In this document: positions 40,016 through 48,152 of the stretch, in pieces
How the letters are laid out: each line of letters opens with the position of its first letter
How positions within the stretch are numbered: position 1 is the first letter of the stretch
Source of the DNA: a virus
IMG/VR virus record: IMGVR_UViG_3300027896_000002
Coordinates: 10,128 to 74,127 of that record
DNA: 64,000 nt
Strand: one strand, 5' to 3'
Notes under the pieces: generated by a model
Told to the model about the DNA's origin: nothing
The model's database searches: none
Seen by the model: the letters and a program-made list of their open reading frames with translations, nothing else
Translations under genes and position numbers: made by a program

Positions 40016-40792
40016 TTAATGCCTATGGGGCTTATAGCTTAAGATTGGCTTTTGGCAAAGCCAAACGTTATTGCGGCTTTCATCTGGGTGCAAAGGCGCT
40101 AGGAAACAAGCCATAACATCATGGCTATAATAAGCAAGCAACTCGTCATAAATCTCTCGTTCATGGATACTAAGCGCTGATAAAAAGGATTTTTGATGTG
40201 AGGCGAAGGTGCCAAAACGACCAGTGATCATAAACCCAGTTTCTACGAGCGCTTTTTGAAGCTCAATGATCATCCACTCATGCACATGGTTGCGGGCTGC
40301 CTTGCCGTCAAAGACGGGGGTTGAAAGGATAATCAACCCATCTTGAGCACAGCACTCAAATAACCCACGTAATAAGCATAGACCATTTTCCCTGGTCATG
40401 TGCTCAATTACTTCATAGCAGACCACCACGTCAAATTGCCCATAGAGTTTAATTAACTCTTGGTATCGTTTTACAAAATTAAATTCTGAGTGCCAGTGAG
40501 CCCATTGCCTGATACCTACCTCAGGCAACTTGTTAAGATCTACCCCTACATATAACTTGGGCACTGAACTTTTACTGGCCGTTAAGACATTCATCAATGG
40601 CTTATCCTGCCCACACCCCACGTCTAAGATCTTTGATTTTGGATTAATAAATCGTCTTGTAAAACCCCAGCGAAAAAAGTGGGCGGCATAATCTCGATGT
40701 ACATATTTCCCATGTTGAGCTTCTCGAAGTTGGGTCTGATCAAATTCTCTTTCCTCTCTGACCTTATTTGGATTTCTTATTTCTTGTTTCAT
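40016..40792 (-). CDS. Class I SAM-dependent methyltransferase
   Basis: ILDVGCG, FDVVVCYEVIEH, ILSTP. Confidence 0.9.
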   Translation of the reverse strand: MKQEIRNPNKVREEREFDQTQLREAQHGKYVHRDYAAHFFRWGFTRRFINPKSKILDVGCGQDKPLMNVLTASKSSVPKLYVGVDLNKLPEVGIRQWAHWHSEFNFVKRYQELIKLYGQFDVVVCYEVIEHMTRENGLCLLRGLFECCAQDGLIILSTPVFDGKAARNHVHEWMIIELQKALVETGFMITGRFGTFASHQKSFLSALSIHEREIYDELLAYYSHDVMACFLAPLHPDESRNNVWLCQKPILSYKPHRH

Positions 40793-41139
40793 TAGTACCC
40801 CCTATCTTGGCGTGCTTGATTTTCCGCCATTTTATTTTCATAGGCCTCAAAGATCATTTCAGCATTCATCCCCCACATGATCATAAGTTCCATGGTAAAG
40901 TGAAAGATGTCAATTAGCTCGGTCTGAAGCAAGTCAAAGTTTACTGGCTTAACGGTTCGCTTCCATGGCTTCCAATTGATCTCGTCCCCAGCCTCACCCA
41001 ATTCACAACAGATGGCAAATAATAGGTCTTTAGTTTGCTCTTGGATGAGGGCGTCATTTTTCTTGTCCTCTAAAACTTGTACTCCAAGCCGTTGCATCAA
41101 GGCCTTTTGCATCTCAACTATTTGGCTTAACTTATCCAT
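40792..41139 (-). CDS. Dimeric (all-alpha) dUTPase/dCTPase
   Basis: E..E, WKPWK, ELIDIFHF, K...N..RQ..GY. Confidence 0.88.
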   Translation of the reverse strand: MDKLSQIVEMQKALMQRLGVQVLEDKKNDALIQEQTKDLLFAICCELGEAGDEINWKPWKRTVKPVNFDLLQTELIDIFHFTMELMIMWGMNAEMIFEAYENKMAENQARQDRGY

Positions 41140-41148
41140 TGTTTTATT

Positions 41149-41373
41149 TTACCTCCTTTTCAAAGCAATAAGTTTTTCTACGAGTTTCTCAGTAAACTTT
41201 TGGCGTTTTTCTACCTTATCGAGTGGAAACCACTCCTGTACCCCCTTCCATTTTCCAGGTATTTTTAAATTAGTTACCTTATAACGTAAAAAATGAGCCT
41301 CGACATTTAGTCGAAGGTTAGTCCCGTCCTTATTCTGAGTAGCCCGAATGACAATTATTTGATTATCTCTCAT
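41149..41373 (-). CDS. Hypothetical protein
   Basis: ORF with GGAGG SD. Confidence 0.6.
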   Translation of the reverse strand: MRDNQIIVIRATQNKDGTNLRLNVEAHFLRYKVTNLKIPGKWKGVQEWFPLDKVEKRQKFTEKLVEKLIALKRR

Positions 41374-41413
41374 TTGAATTTACCTCCCTTTATCCAATAG
41401 GTTTAGAAACAGC

Positions 41414-41447
41414 AAAAGGGCTTGAGAAATAAATCCCAAGCCCTTTT
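41414..41447. terminator. Intrinsic terminator-like hairpin
   Basis: AAAAGGGCTTG/CAAGCCCTTTT. Confidence 0.6.
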
Positions 41448-41455
41448 CATTTTGA

Positions 41456-42304
41456 TCATTTGACAAGGCTGTATGTCTCGGTCTTCTTATCATAGTCGGT
41501 GACCAAAAGTTCCTTGGTCCGCTTCGGGTTTTTAAAGATGCTCATGGCACACATCAGGTTGGCCTTGTCAAAGCCAGATCGTTTCATCAAGTCCTTTAAT
41601 GACCAGTTCTTTTTCTCAATGAAAGCAGCCCTGATCTTTCCCATCTTAGAATTTGGGTTTAACTTAAACCCCCTGGCCTTGCCAGATTTTGCTTTTCCCT
41701 TGGCTTTATCTCCCTTGTAATAAGCGCAATCAGCCACGCACTTATTCTTGGGCTTAGCCTGACGCTTTTCGCAGCCGCCAAAGGGGATCCGCTTTTGTTC
41801 CCCGGCGCAATGGATCATTTCGTTTGGCTTTGGGACATCAGCGTCTAGGGTATTTAACCGTTCGATCGCGGTTTTTCGGTCCGTGAACTTATAGACCTTT
41901 TTCCCAGTCCGCTTGTTAAATAGATCAACAAGCTCTTTCATGGTGAGTTGCTCGTACCCCTTTGCTTCTGGCTGTGCTTCCTGCTTCTTGTCGCCAACCA
42001 TCTTTTTATTGGCGTTCGAAATTTCCTCAAGCTCTTTTTTAGTAGATTCTTTTGTCATGGTCTCCTCCGGTTTTTTCACGCACGAGGCGTGGGCCGCGAC
42101 GAACGGCTCAGTTGATTGAACGATAAAGTTATGGCCTATCCTAATTTGGCCATGGCACTCGGAACAAGGAGTGTTCCGGTGTGCTACTTCTGCCTCTAAG
42201 TCCCAAACTTTTACTTGCGTCTCTGCCATTGTCTCCTCCTTTTTTTGTTCAAAGTGACTACCCCAGGGGGCAAAATATTTAGCATCTAACTTTTGCTTTT
42301 TCAT
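41456..42304 (-). CDS. Basic DNA-binding-like protein with internal in-frame starts (42229 and 42058)
   Basis: Lys-rich, winged-HTH-like C-terminus; two internal GGAGGAGAC-ATG leaders. Confidence 0.55.
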   Translation of the reverse strand: MKKQKLDAKYFAPWGSHFEQKKEETMAETQVKVWDLEAEVAHRNTPCSECHGQIRIGHNFIVQSTEPFVAAHASCVKKPEETMTKESTKKELEEISNANKKMVGDKKQEAQPEAKGYEQLTMKELVDLFNKRTGKKVYKFTDRKTAIERLNTLDADVPKPNEMIHCAGEQKRIPFGGCEKRQAKPKNKCVADCAYYKGDKAKGKAKSGKARGFKLNPNSKMGKIRAAFIEKKNWSLKDLMKRSGFDKANLMCAMSIFKNPKRTKELLVTDYDKKTETYSLVK

Positions 42305-42513
42305 CTTTCAACATTTCTCCCATTATGTTCAGAGATGCCTATAAAATTTTTATTGCGTGAATACCATTCCTTCCCATAGGTGCATTTAAGCCAGTTAATG
42401 ACCGTTGGTTTTCCCCTCGGTCTCTTAGGATCTGTCCTTCGTTCTGGCATCTCTGCAAGGACTGAAATCTCATGGGTCTTAGGGTCATAGAGCGTAATTT
42501 TATAGGTTGTCAT
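42301..42513 (-). CDS. Hypothetical protein
   Basis: ORF with GGAGG SD. Confidence 0.6.
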   Translation of the reverse strand: MTTYKITLYDPKTHEISVLAEMPERRTDPKRPRGKPTVINWLKCTYGKEWYSRNKNFIGISEHNGRNVER

Positions 42514-42530
42514 TTTAACCTACCTCCTTT

Positions 42531-43415
42531 TCAAGCCGCCCGTTTTTGCTTGGCCATTTCTTCCATCAAGTGCCACAAGCCACGGTTGACCCGAATATTT
42601 TCGGTAATGCCAGTGATGCCAGGGACCTTTTCCTTATGGACCAAGTGGCCATTTGGGGTTGTGTGCACGGTTCTTTCAAAGCGATTTCCCTTGGTCATTT
42701 TTTCTTGGATCCGATTAAAAATGTTCCAAATGGTTGGGGCCTCATCACTGACGCGAAGGGGCTTTAAAAGAGCTGGGACATCAAAGGTTCGGTCATCAAC
42801 GTGAAAATTAAAACCCTCGCTTGAGGTCTTTGAATCATCCTTGGCATATTTAAGAAGTAAAGTTGACTCGGCAAAGATGATTTGCTCAACGGGCTTGAGC
42901 TCAATTGCCTGATAGGATGAAATCTTCTTTGCAAGTTTAGGAACTTCCTCAATCACCTTATAGCTGGCTTCAATTACTTCTTTTTGCTCTTGCCCAAGAT
43001 GCATGACGTTGATCTGACCAAAGCTGCCCTCACTTACGATCAAGCCATTTAAGCAAGCCAGCTTAAAAAAGCCTGCCATGATTGAGTACCTGGTTGTCCT
43101 ATCATGAGCATTAGTCAAAATTAATTCAGGAGCCAAGTCTCCAACCTTATCAAGGTAGGTGCCCTCTTGCCGAAAACGAACCATATGTTTCTGATAACCC
43201 AACCGATTTTCCTTTAAGACCCGTTGCTCTTGCGCTTTTACCGGATACCAGTTATGATCGCAAAGGCCATCAATCACGTCCATGGTTGAATAAAACCGGT
43301 ACTTAGCGCTTGCCGTAGAAATTGGCTTAGTTTGAATGATGCTTCGAAGCGCCGCTAATTGTTCAAGGGAAATAAAACTTTTGCCATCGCCAATAGTAGT
43401 AATTCTGGTTGTCAT
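42531..43415 (-). CDS. DUF932/DUF945 family protein
   Basis: KHMVRFR, PELILTNAHD, GFF.LACLNG, W..FN..QE. Confidence 0.85.
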   Translation of the reverse strand: MTTRITTIGDGKSFISLEQLAALRSIIQTKPISTASAKYRFYSTMDVIDGLCDHNWYPVKAQEQRVLKENRLGYQKHMVRFRQEGTYLDKVGDLAPELILTNAHDRTTRYSIMAGFFKLACLNGLIVSEGSFGQINVMHLGQEQKEVIEASYKVIEEVPKLAKKISSYQAIELKPVEQIIFAESTLLLKYAKDDSKTSSEGFNFHVDDRTFDVPALLKPLRVSDEAPTIWNIFNRIQEKMTKGNRFERTVHTTPNGHLVHKEKVPGITGITENIRVNRGLWHLMEEMAKQKRAA

Positions 43416-43453
43416 AGGTCTCCTCCTTTTTTAAGTTATTCTGGATGGTTTAA

Positions 43454-43810
43454 TCACCACCCATACCGTTTAAAGGGAAAGGCAAATTCATTAATTGCCC
43501 TCTGCTTCTTTTCATCCATCTTATAGTAAAGGTTAATCACTGTCAACAACATTTCCTTTCCATCTTTTCCCCAGCCCCTCCATTGAACATGGGTTTTAAG
43601 GCAATCAGCATCAGTCACTGCTTCAATTACCTCTGCCCTTGAAATAGTTTTTCTACTTCCATGGCCAATCATAGCCTCTAACCAATCAGAGCCAATTTCC
43701 TGCCATGTTGAACTCATCGCCGAGCTTAATGCCTTTACCTGCTCACTTGTTAGGCCTGTTGCCTTGACCACTTTCGCCAATTCTTTTTCATAAATTTCTT
43801 TTGACATCAT
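43454..43810 (-). CDS. Hypothetical early protein
   Basis: Start placed after the conserved leader (ORF track extends to 43843). Confidence 0.6.
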   Translation of the reverse strand: MMSKEIYEKELAKVVKATGLTSEQVKALSSAMSSTWQEIGSDWLEAMIGHGSRKTISRAEVIEAVTDADCLKTHVQWRGWGKDGKEMLLTVINLYYKMDEKKQRAINEFAFPFKRYGW

Positions 43811-43839
43811 CTTGGTCTCCTCCTTTTGAATTTTATTTT

Positions 43840-43905
43840 GCACTCTTCCTCCCTTAACTTATAAAGCGCCGGCGGGCCTATCATTAGATAAGCCCACCCC
43901 AGGGA
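43840..43905 (-). ncRNA. Candidate pseudoknot RNA motif, copy 1
   Basis: UCCCU/AGGGA; 12-bp hairpin; GCGCUUU/AGAGUGC; conserved GGCG-N6-AAGUUAAGGG. Confidence 0.5.
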
Positions 43906-43906
43906 C

Positions 43907-44101
43907 CTACTTCCTGATGAAGGCGCCGGTCGTTCCCTTTGCAAATTTTCTAATCGCGCTCACGACGCTGGTCAAATCCTTCGGGTCGATTCGCATCGTG
44001 CCAAGAGATGCCTTTCGGTCAGTGGTAAGAAGCATCACGCCAAGGGTCCCACCGTTCTTTTTAATGGCCTTCTTTGCTGGCTTTTTTGCCATGGTCCTCA
44101 C
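43907..44101 (-). CDS. Small basic hypothetical protein
   Basis: ORF with SD. Confidence 0.55.
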   Translation of the reverse strand: MRTMAKKPAKKAIKKNGGTLGVMLLTTDRKASLGTMRIDPKDLTSVVSAIRKFAKGTTGAFIRK

Positions 44102-44134
44102 CTCCTTTCATGGAAAATTTTTACTAATAAAAAA

Positions 44135-44320
44135 TCAACGTAAGTCTATTCTCTCTTTCATTCGGCAATAAATAGGATTCCCAGACCTATCTATAAGTTT
44201 TGGGCTTAAAATGATATGGCATTTTGGACAGGTCAAAGTCTCCCACTTTTTTATCTCCTCTCCCATTGCCATAAATTCATCTCCACATACTGTGCAATAT
44301 AGCATTAAACCCTTTTCCAT
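44135..44320 (-). CDS. Small zinc-ribbon protein
   Basis: CxxC...CxxC. Confidence 0.55.
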   Translation of the reverse strand: MEKGLMLYCTVCGDEFMAMGEEIKKWETLTCPKCHIILSPKLIDRSGNPIYCRMKERIDLR

Positions 44321-44337
44321 TATTTTATTCTCCTTTC

Positions 44338-45105
44338 TTAATGGCCAATTACCCGTTGACCTTGACCTGGGTTATGGCGAAGGGCATTAGCCCTAAGGGA
44401 AACCTCGTTGGCCATTTGCTCACCTCGTCGTTGGCCCTCACTGTTGTGCCGAAACTGGTTTAACCTGTTAGCAGACCTAAGCCCCTTAAGATTTTTCATC
44501 CAATCATTTACCTCAGTCAAGGCCCGATCTAACCTAACCAAGGCGGTGGAGCCAGTAGGAGCTGCTGCGTTTCGCTCGGCATCAAACCGTTTGCTTAGAC
44601 CAAGGACAAAACCATAAAGCCAAGCACTTCGAAAGCCACGAGCTTCAGTCACATCACCATTGTCGCGGCATTCGTAAAAGTACTTGACATATTCCTTCTC
44701 GGCCATCTTCTCCGCAAGCTTATACATGGTTACAAAAAGATATTCGGCAATCTCACGGTCGCTTTTATGCCCAACTAAGCAGATATGATTTGAGCCAACG
44801 GAAATTAAGATCTTACAGAAATGGGCCTTAGCAATGATGCTGGCTAATTGCTCAGACCATTGCTGACGGGCCTTTTTTGAAGTAATTCCTTGAGTTTCAA
44901 AGTCAACCCATACCTTACAAATGGGGTCGGTATCTTCTCTCTTGTCCCAATCAACTTCAGACATAGAAAGATTGTGCTTGAGCAGCAGCTGATTAACCAT
45001 TCCAGCAAAGGCCTCGGCCTCTTCTTGGCTACCAATTTTCTCACATGATTCTGCCTTTGCATGAAGCTTTCGAATCTTGTCAATTACTTTTTCCTCGGTT
45101 GTCAT
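44338..45105 (-). CDS. DUF2786 domain protein
   Basis: KIRKL.AKA....EAE.F......LL.KHNL; F..GF. Confidence 0.8.
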   Translation of the reverse strand: MTTEEKVIDKIRKLHAKAESCEKIGSQEEAEAFAGMVNQLLLKHNLSMSEVDWDKREDTDPICKVWVDFETQGITSKKARQQWSEQLASIIAKAHFCKILISVGSNHICLVGHKSDREIAEYLFVTMYKLAEKMAEKEYVKYFYECRDNGDVTEARGFRSAWLYGFVLGLSKRFDAERNAAAPTGSTALVRLDRALTEVNDWMKNLKGLRSANRLNQFRHNSEGQRRGEQMANEVSLRANALRHNPGQGQRVIGH

Positions 45106-45134
45106 GGTGGTCTCCTCCTTTTAGATTTTATTTT

Positions 45135-45190
45135 GTTACCTACCTGGGATTAAACCCAGGTTTCGGCCATTTAGGCCTCATCAGGGCAAC
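45135..45190 (-). ncRNA. Hammerhead ribozyme (type I), GUA cleavage
   Basis: GUUGCC-CUGAUGA-GGCC UAAAU GGCC-GAAA-CCUGGG UUUAAU CCCAGG-UA-GGUAAC. Confidence 0.93.
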
Positions 45191-45540
45191 TGAATTGAAA
45201 TTTCAAGGCCATCTTTAAAACTTTGAATTGTGAGTGGAATTTCCTTAATCCGTAAAATCTTTGAAAGGTTTTTTCCTTGCAGGTCAGTCAATGGTTCTTT
45301 AAAATACAGGTGCAATAAAGCCCGTTTATAGGAAAAAGGCTTTGTTTCCATGAAGGAATTGTTAAAATACATCTGAGACCTGACAACCTCAATGCCCCTT
45401 CGTTTAAGGATTGGAAACACTGTTGTTATATGCTTATCAGCCAAGTCACTTAAAAGCTTGCAGTTTTTTTCTGCTAAATCTGCCTCAAGTAAAAGTTCTT
45501 GAACTTCCATCTCAATTCGTTCCTTATTAATCTTTTCCAT
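45181..45540 (-). CDS. Hypothetical early protein
   Basis: Conserved leader; stop is the first UGA of a hammerhead core. Confidence 0.65.
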   Translation of the reverse strand: MEKINKERIEMEVQELLLEADLAEKNCKLLSDLADKHITTVFPILKRRGIEVVRSQMYFNNSFMETKPFSYKRALLHLYFKEPLTDLQGKNLSKILRIKEIPLTIQSFKDGLEISIQLP

Positions 45541-45570
45541 GGTCTCCTCCTTTTGAATTTTATTTTATAG

Positions 45571-45756
45571 TTAACAATCAAATTTACTTTCAACCTTAAA
45601 CTTCTTGATCGCTTCATTCAGATAACTTTTCTCAATCTGCTTTCCCGCTGAAACAAGAATCGCATAATCGAGGTCACATCCCTTTAATGTGATCATCAGG
45701 GCTAATTTTAATTGGGCTGGCGTCATTTGCATTATGATGCTTTCTAAATTTTCCAT
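45571..45756 (-). CDS. Hypothetical early protein
   Basis: Conserved leader. Confidence 0.6.
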   Translation of the reverse strand: MENLESIIMQMTPAQLKLALMITLKGCDLDYAILVSAGKQIEKSYLNEAIKKFKVESKFDC

Positions 45757-45782
45757 AGTCTCCTCCTTTTGAATTTTATTTT

Positions 45783-45838
45783 ACCACCGACCCGAGATTA
45801 ATCTCGGGTTTCGACCATTGAGGTCTCATCAGGATGAT
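45783..45838 (-). ncRNA. Hammerhead ribozyme (type I), GUC cleavage
   Basis: AUCAUC-CUGAUGA-GACC UCAAU GGUC-GAAA-CCCGAG AUUAAU CUCGGG-UC-GGUGGU. Confidence 0.94.
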
Positions 45839-46215
45839 TTTCTTGCCTGAAATGTTTCTCCTCTTTTCTCGATGATTGCCCCTAATTGAAAAGCCGCTGC
45901 CATATCTATTAGATCTTGTACCTCCTCTTTAGCAAGTTTAACGGCTCTGGCAACACTCATCTTCCAATTTTTAATGTAATGATCTCGAAGTTGAAAGAGT
46001 AAAGTTTCTTCAAGAACTGGAAGCTCTACCACTTTCATCGTGGTGGTAGATTTATTGCACTCAACTCCCGCCATTGACCGTCGGCATCCACAGCTTCCAT
46101 CCACTGTCTCACCATCACACTCAAAGGAAAAATGAACAATCTCACCTTCCGGTACCCAGCAAAAATCATTTTTCCTTTGCCCCTGCATCTCTTTCGTTGC
46201 CACGATAATCTTCAT
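45829..46215 (-). CDS. Conserved Cys-containing hypothetical protein
   Basis: VAT..QG.R.NDF, C....CGC.R motif. Confidence 0.65.
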   Translation of the reverse strand: MKIIVATKEMQGQRKNDFCWVPEGEIVHFSFECDGETVDGSCGCRRSMAGVECNKSTTTMKVVELPVLEETLLFQLRDHYIKNWKMSVARAVKLAKEEVQDLIDMAAAFQLGAIIEKRGETFQARKSS

Positions 46216-46256
46216 AATCAGTCTCCTCCGTTTTGCCCATTGGGCGGTTAAAGGTT

Positions 46257-46403
46257 TTAATAAATTTCCCTGGCATTGATCGAATCAACTGTGATCTTTG
46301 CTGGCCCATTTTCCAAGGTCATTTTAATATACTCTTCGATCTGCCCGTCACCATCCATCTCACCATCATTGACTTCAATCTCCATTATAACTTTTATCTT
46401 CAT
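46257..46403 (-). CDS. Small acidic hypothetical protein (48 aa)
   Basis: ATG after conserved leader; not in ORF track. Confidence 0.6.
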   Translation of the reverse strand: MKIKVIMEIEVNDGEMDGDGQIEEYIKMTLENGPAKITVDSINAREIY

Positions 46404-46429
46404 GGTCTCCTCCTTTTTAATTTTATTCT

Positions 46430-46484
46430 ATCATCGACCCGAGTTAAACTCGGGTTTCGACCATTTAGGTCTCATCAGGATGAT
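46430..46484 (-). ncRNA. Hammerhead ribozyme (type I), GUC cleavage
   Basis: AUCAUC-CUGAUGA-GACC UAAAU GGUC-GAAA-CCCGAG UUUAA CUCGGG-UC-GAUGAU. Confidence 0.95.
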
Positions 46485-46500
46485 TTTTATATTTTTCTCA

Positions 46501-46779
46501 TTAGATTACTCTTACGATAGAAAGATAAGGTGTCGTATCCTGCTCCAATTTCCATCGCATCCTATCAACTATCAAATTAAGATCCATTCTGTGCGTGAAG
46601 TCTTGCTCCTCACCGTGCTCAAAATTAATGGTCACGATGAACTCCGTCTTCTCCTCGTCCTGCATATTGCTGTGAGAAGAAGAGACTCTCGACTTTGGAA
46701 AAAAAGATGCTGCCACTCTATAAAGACTGTTCATCTCGTTCCATGCTACTGCTCTTTTTTCCTGAATTTTTTTATTCAT
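46501..46779 (-). CDS. Hypothetical early protein
   Basis: Conserved leader. Confidence 0.6.
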   Translation of the reverse strand: MNKKIQEKRAVAWNEMNSLYRVAASFFPKSRVSSSHSNMQDEEKTEFIVTINFEHGEEQDFTHRMDLNLIVDRMRWKLEQDTTPYLSIVRVI

Positions 46780-46814
46780 TTTGGTCTCCTCCTTTTAAAA
46801 TTTGAATTTAAAAT

Positions 46815-47009
46815 TTAAGGCAATACAACAATTTCCAAAGCACCAGGAAAATTTCTTTTTATCTCTTTTAGAGCACTGGTAAAAAATCCATATCTCATTT
46901 CTCTAAAAGCCTGGCCGTTAGAATATTTAATATTAAACCACCATTGACCTTTTCCTTTTGGTTCTTTTCCATGGCTAAAAAAATATTCATTCTTATTTAT
47001 TGCTTTCAT
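46815..47009 (-). CDS. Hypothetical early protein
   Basis: Conserved leader; SHGK.PKG.G.W.F motif. Confidence 0.65.
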   Translation of the reverse strand: MKAINKNEYFFSHGKEPKGKGQWWFNIKYSNGQAFREMRYGFFTSALKEIKRNFPGALEIVVLP

Positions 47010-47037
47010 CTTGGTCTCCTCCTTTTAAATTTTTTAG

Positions 47038-47280
47038 TTAGAACCTGCAGTTAACTTCAAAGTAAGAATCCTTTGGCCATGCTCGCCATATTTTCCAAGC
47101 ATTGATAATCTCGACATGGGGAAATATTTTTTTAATTTGTTCAGCATAACTCTCAGCTGTTTTCCCAAAGGTATAAAAGAATCCAAACCTAAAACTTATC
47201 GTCTTATCCTTTTTGAAGATAATTTTATCAGGATAGATATTGGTCCCATCAATCATCTCTTTGAATTGTCTTTTTGTCAT
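47038..47280 (-). CDS. Hypothetical early protein
   Basis: Conserved leader. Confidence 0.65.
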   Translation of the reverse strand: MTKRQFKEMIDGTNIYPDKIIFKKDKTISFRFGFFYTFGKTAESYAEQIKKIFPHVEIINAWKIWRAWPKDSYFEVNCRF

Positions 47281-47438
47281 GGTCTCCTCCTTTTTTTACT
47301 TAATCCCTTTAACAAGGATTTGAAGTGCGACCGGCTCTAAAGAAAATAGAACCTTAATCGCTGTTAGAAATCCAATGATCTTCCAAATTCCAAAAAAATT
47401 TTTCTTTGTGATGTTGCCTTTCATTTTGGTCTCCTCCT

Positions 47439-47573
47439 TTATTTTTTGATAAGGCTTTTATGAATAATTTTTCCAGTAGAAAGTACAAGAAAACCTCTAC
47501 CATAACCATCTTCCTTTGTTGCTTTTCTAATAATAAAAATTTCCTTATTTCTAAACGTGTAAACTTTTCTCAT
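47439..47573 (-). CDS. Small hypothetical protein (44 aa)
   Basis: ATG after conserved leader; not in ORF track. Confidence 0.55.
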   Translation of the reverse strand: MRKVYTFRNKEIFIIRKATKEDGYGRGFLVLSTGKIIHKSLIKK

Positions 47574-47597
47574 GGTCTCCTCCTTTTAAATTTTAAT

Positions 47598-47672
47598 CGC
47601 GGCTTGCAACCCTTAACTTTTTTACCGCCGGCATGATCTATATCTTAATGATATAAACCACGCCACAGGGTC
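47598..47672 (-). ncRNA. Candidate pseudoknot RNA motif, copy 2
   Basis: GACCCU/AGGGUU; 15-bp hairpin; GCGGU/GCCGC; conserved GGCG-N6-AAGUUAAGGG. Confidence 0.5.
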
Positions 47673-47885
47673 ATTTTGTCTTTTCACTCTTCAGTTGTCA
47701 AGGTTGGTGGCGGATTATTCTAATGATAGGCCTGAAAAATGTTTTTCAGATCCTACGTTCGAAACGCCTTGGTTATTGTCAAAAACTTCTGCCTTTGCCA
47801 ATGAGGCTTGGTCCCCGGCTCGCTTGTTGCCTTTGTTTCTCGCCTCGCTTGCCTCATGATATTTATTAATCTTAACCATGACCTA

Positions 47886-47914
47886 ATCCTACTATATCTA
47901 AATGATAATGTAAA
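47886..47914 (-). promoter_or_regulatory. Sigma70-type early promoter
   Basis: TTTACA-17 nt-TAGGAT with AT-rich upstream region, facing the early gene array. Confidence 0.65.
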
Positions 47915-47941
47915 TACTTTTTTTCATTTCCAGGAAAATAG

Positions 47942-48061
47942 TTTCTAAGTTATTGAAATCATTAGGCTTTTTAATCATTAATTTTTTTTAATTTTAACCA
48001 TTTTTCTGTCTTAAAAAAGCTTCATGGTACATGTTTTTCTAAGTTATTGAAATTATTAGGC
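47942..48061. repeat. 26-bp direct repeat with IHF-like core
   Basis: TTTCTAAGTTATTGAAATYATTAGGC at 47942 and 48036. Confidence 0.7.
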
Positions 48062-48152
48062 CTTTTGAGTTAGAAACTAACACATTTCTCCTGGATAATA
48101 TTATTTTTTTCAATATTCAATTCCATGATGATCTGGACATCATTATAGAGCT

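Noticed and set aside
46233-46818. Plus-strand ORFs of 95 and 180 aa
   Set aside because: Antisense to leader-bearing - strand genes and a hammerhead; no SD
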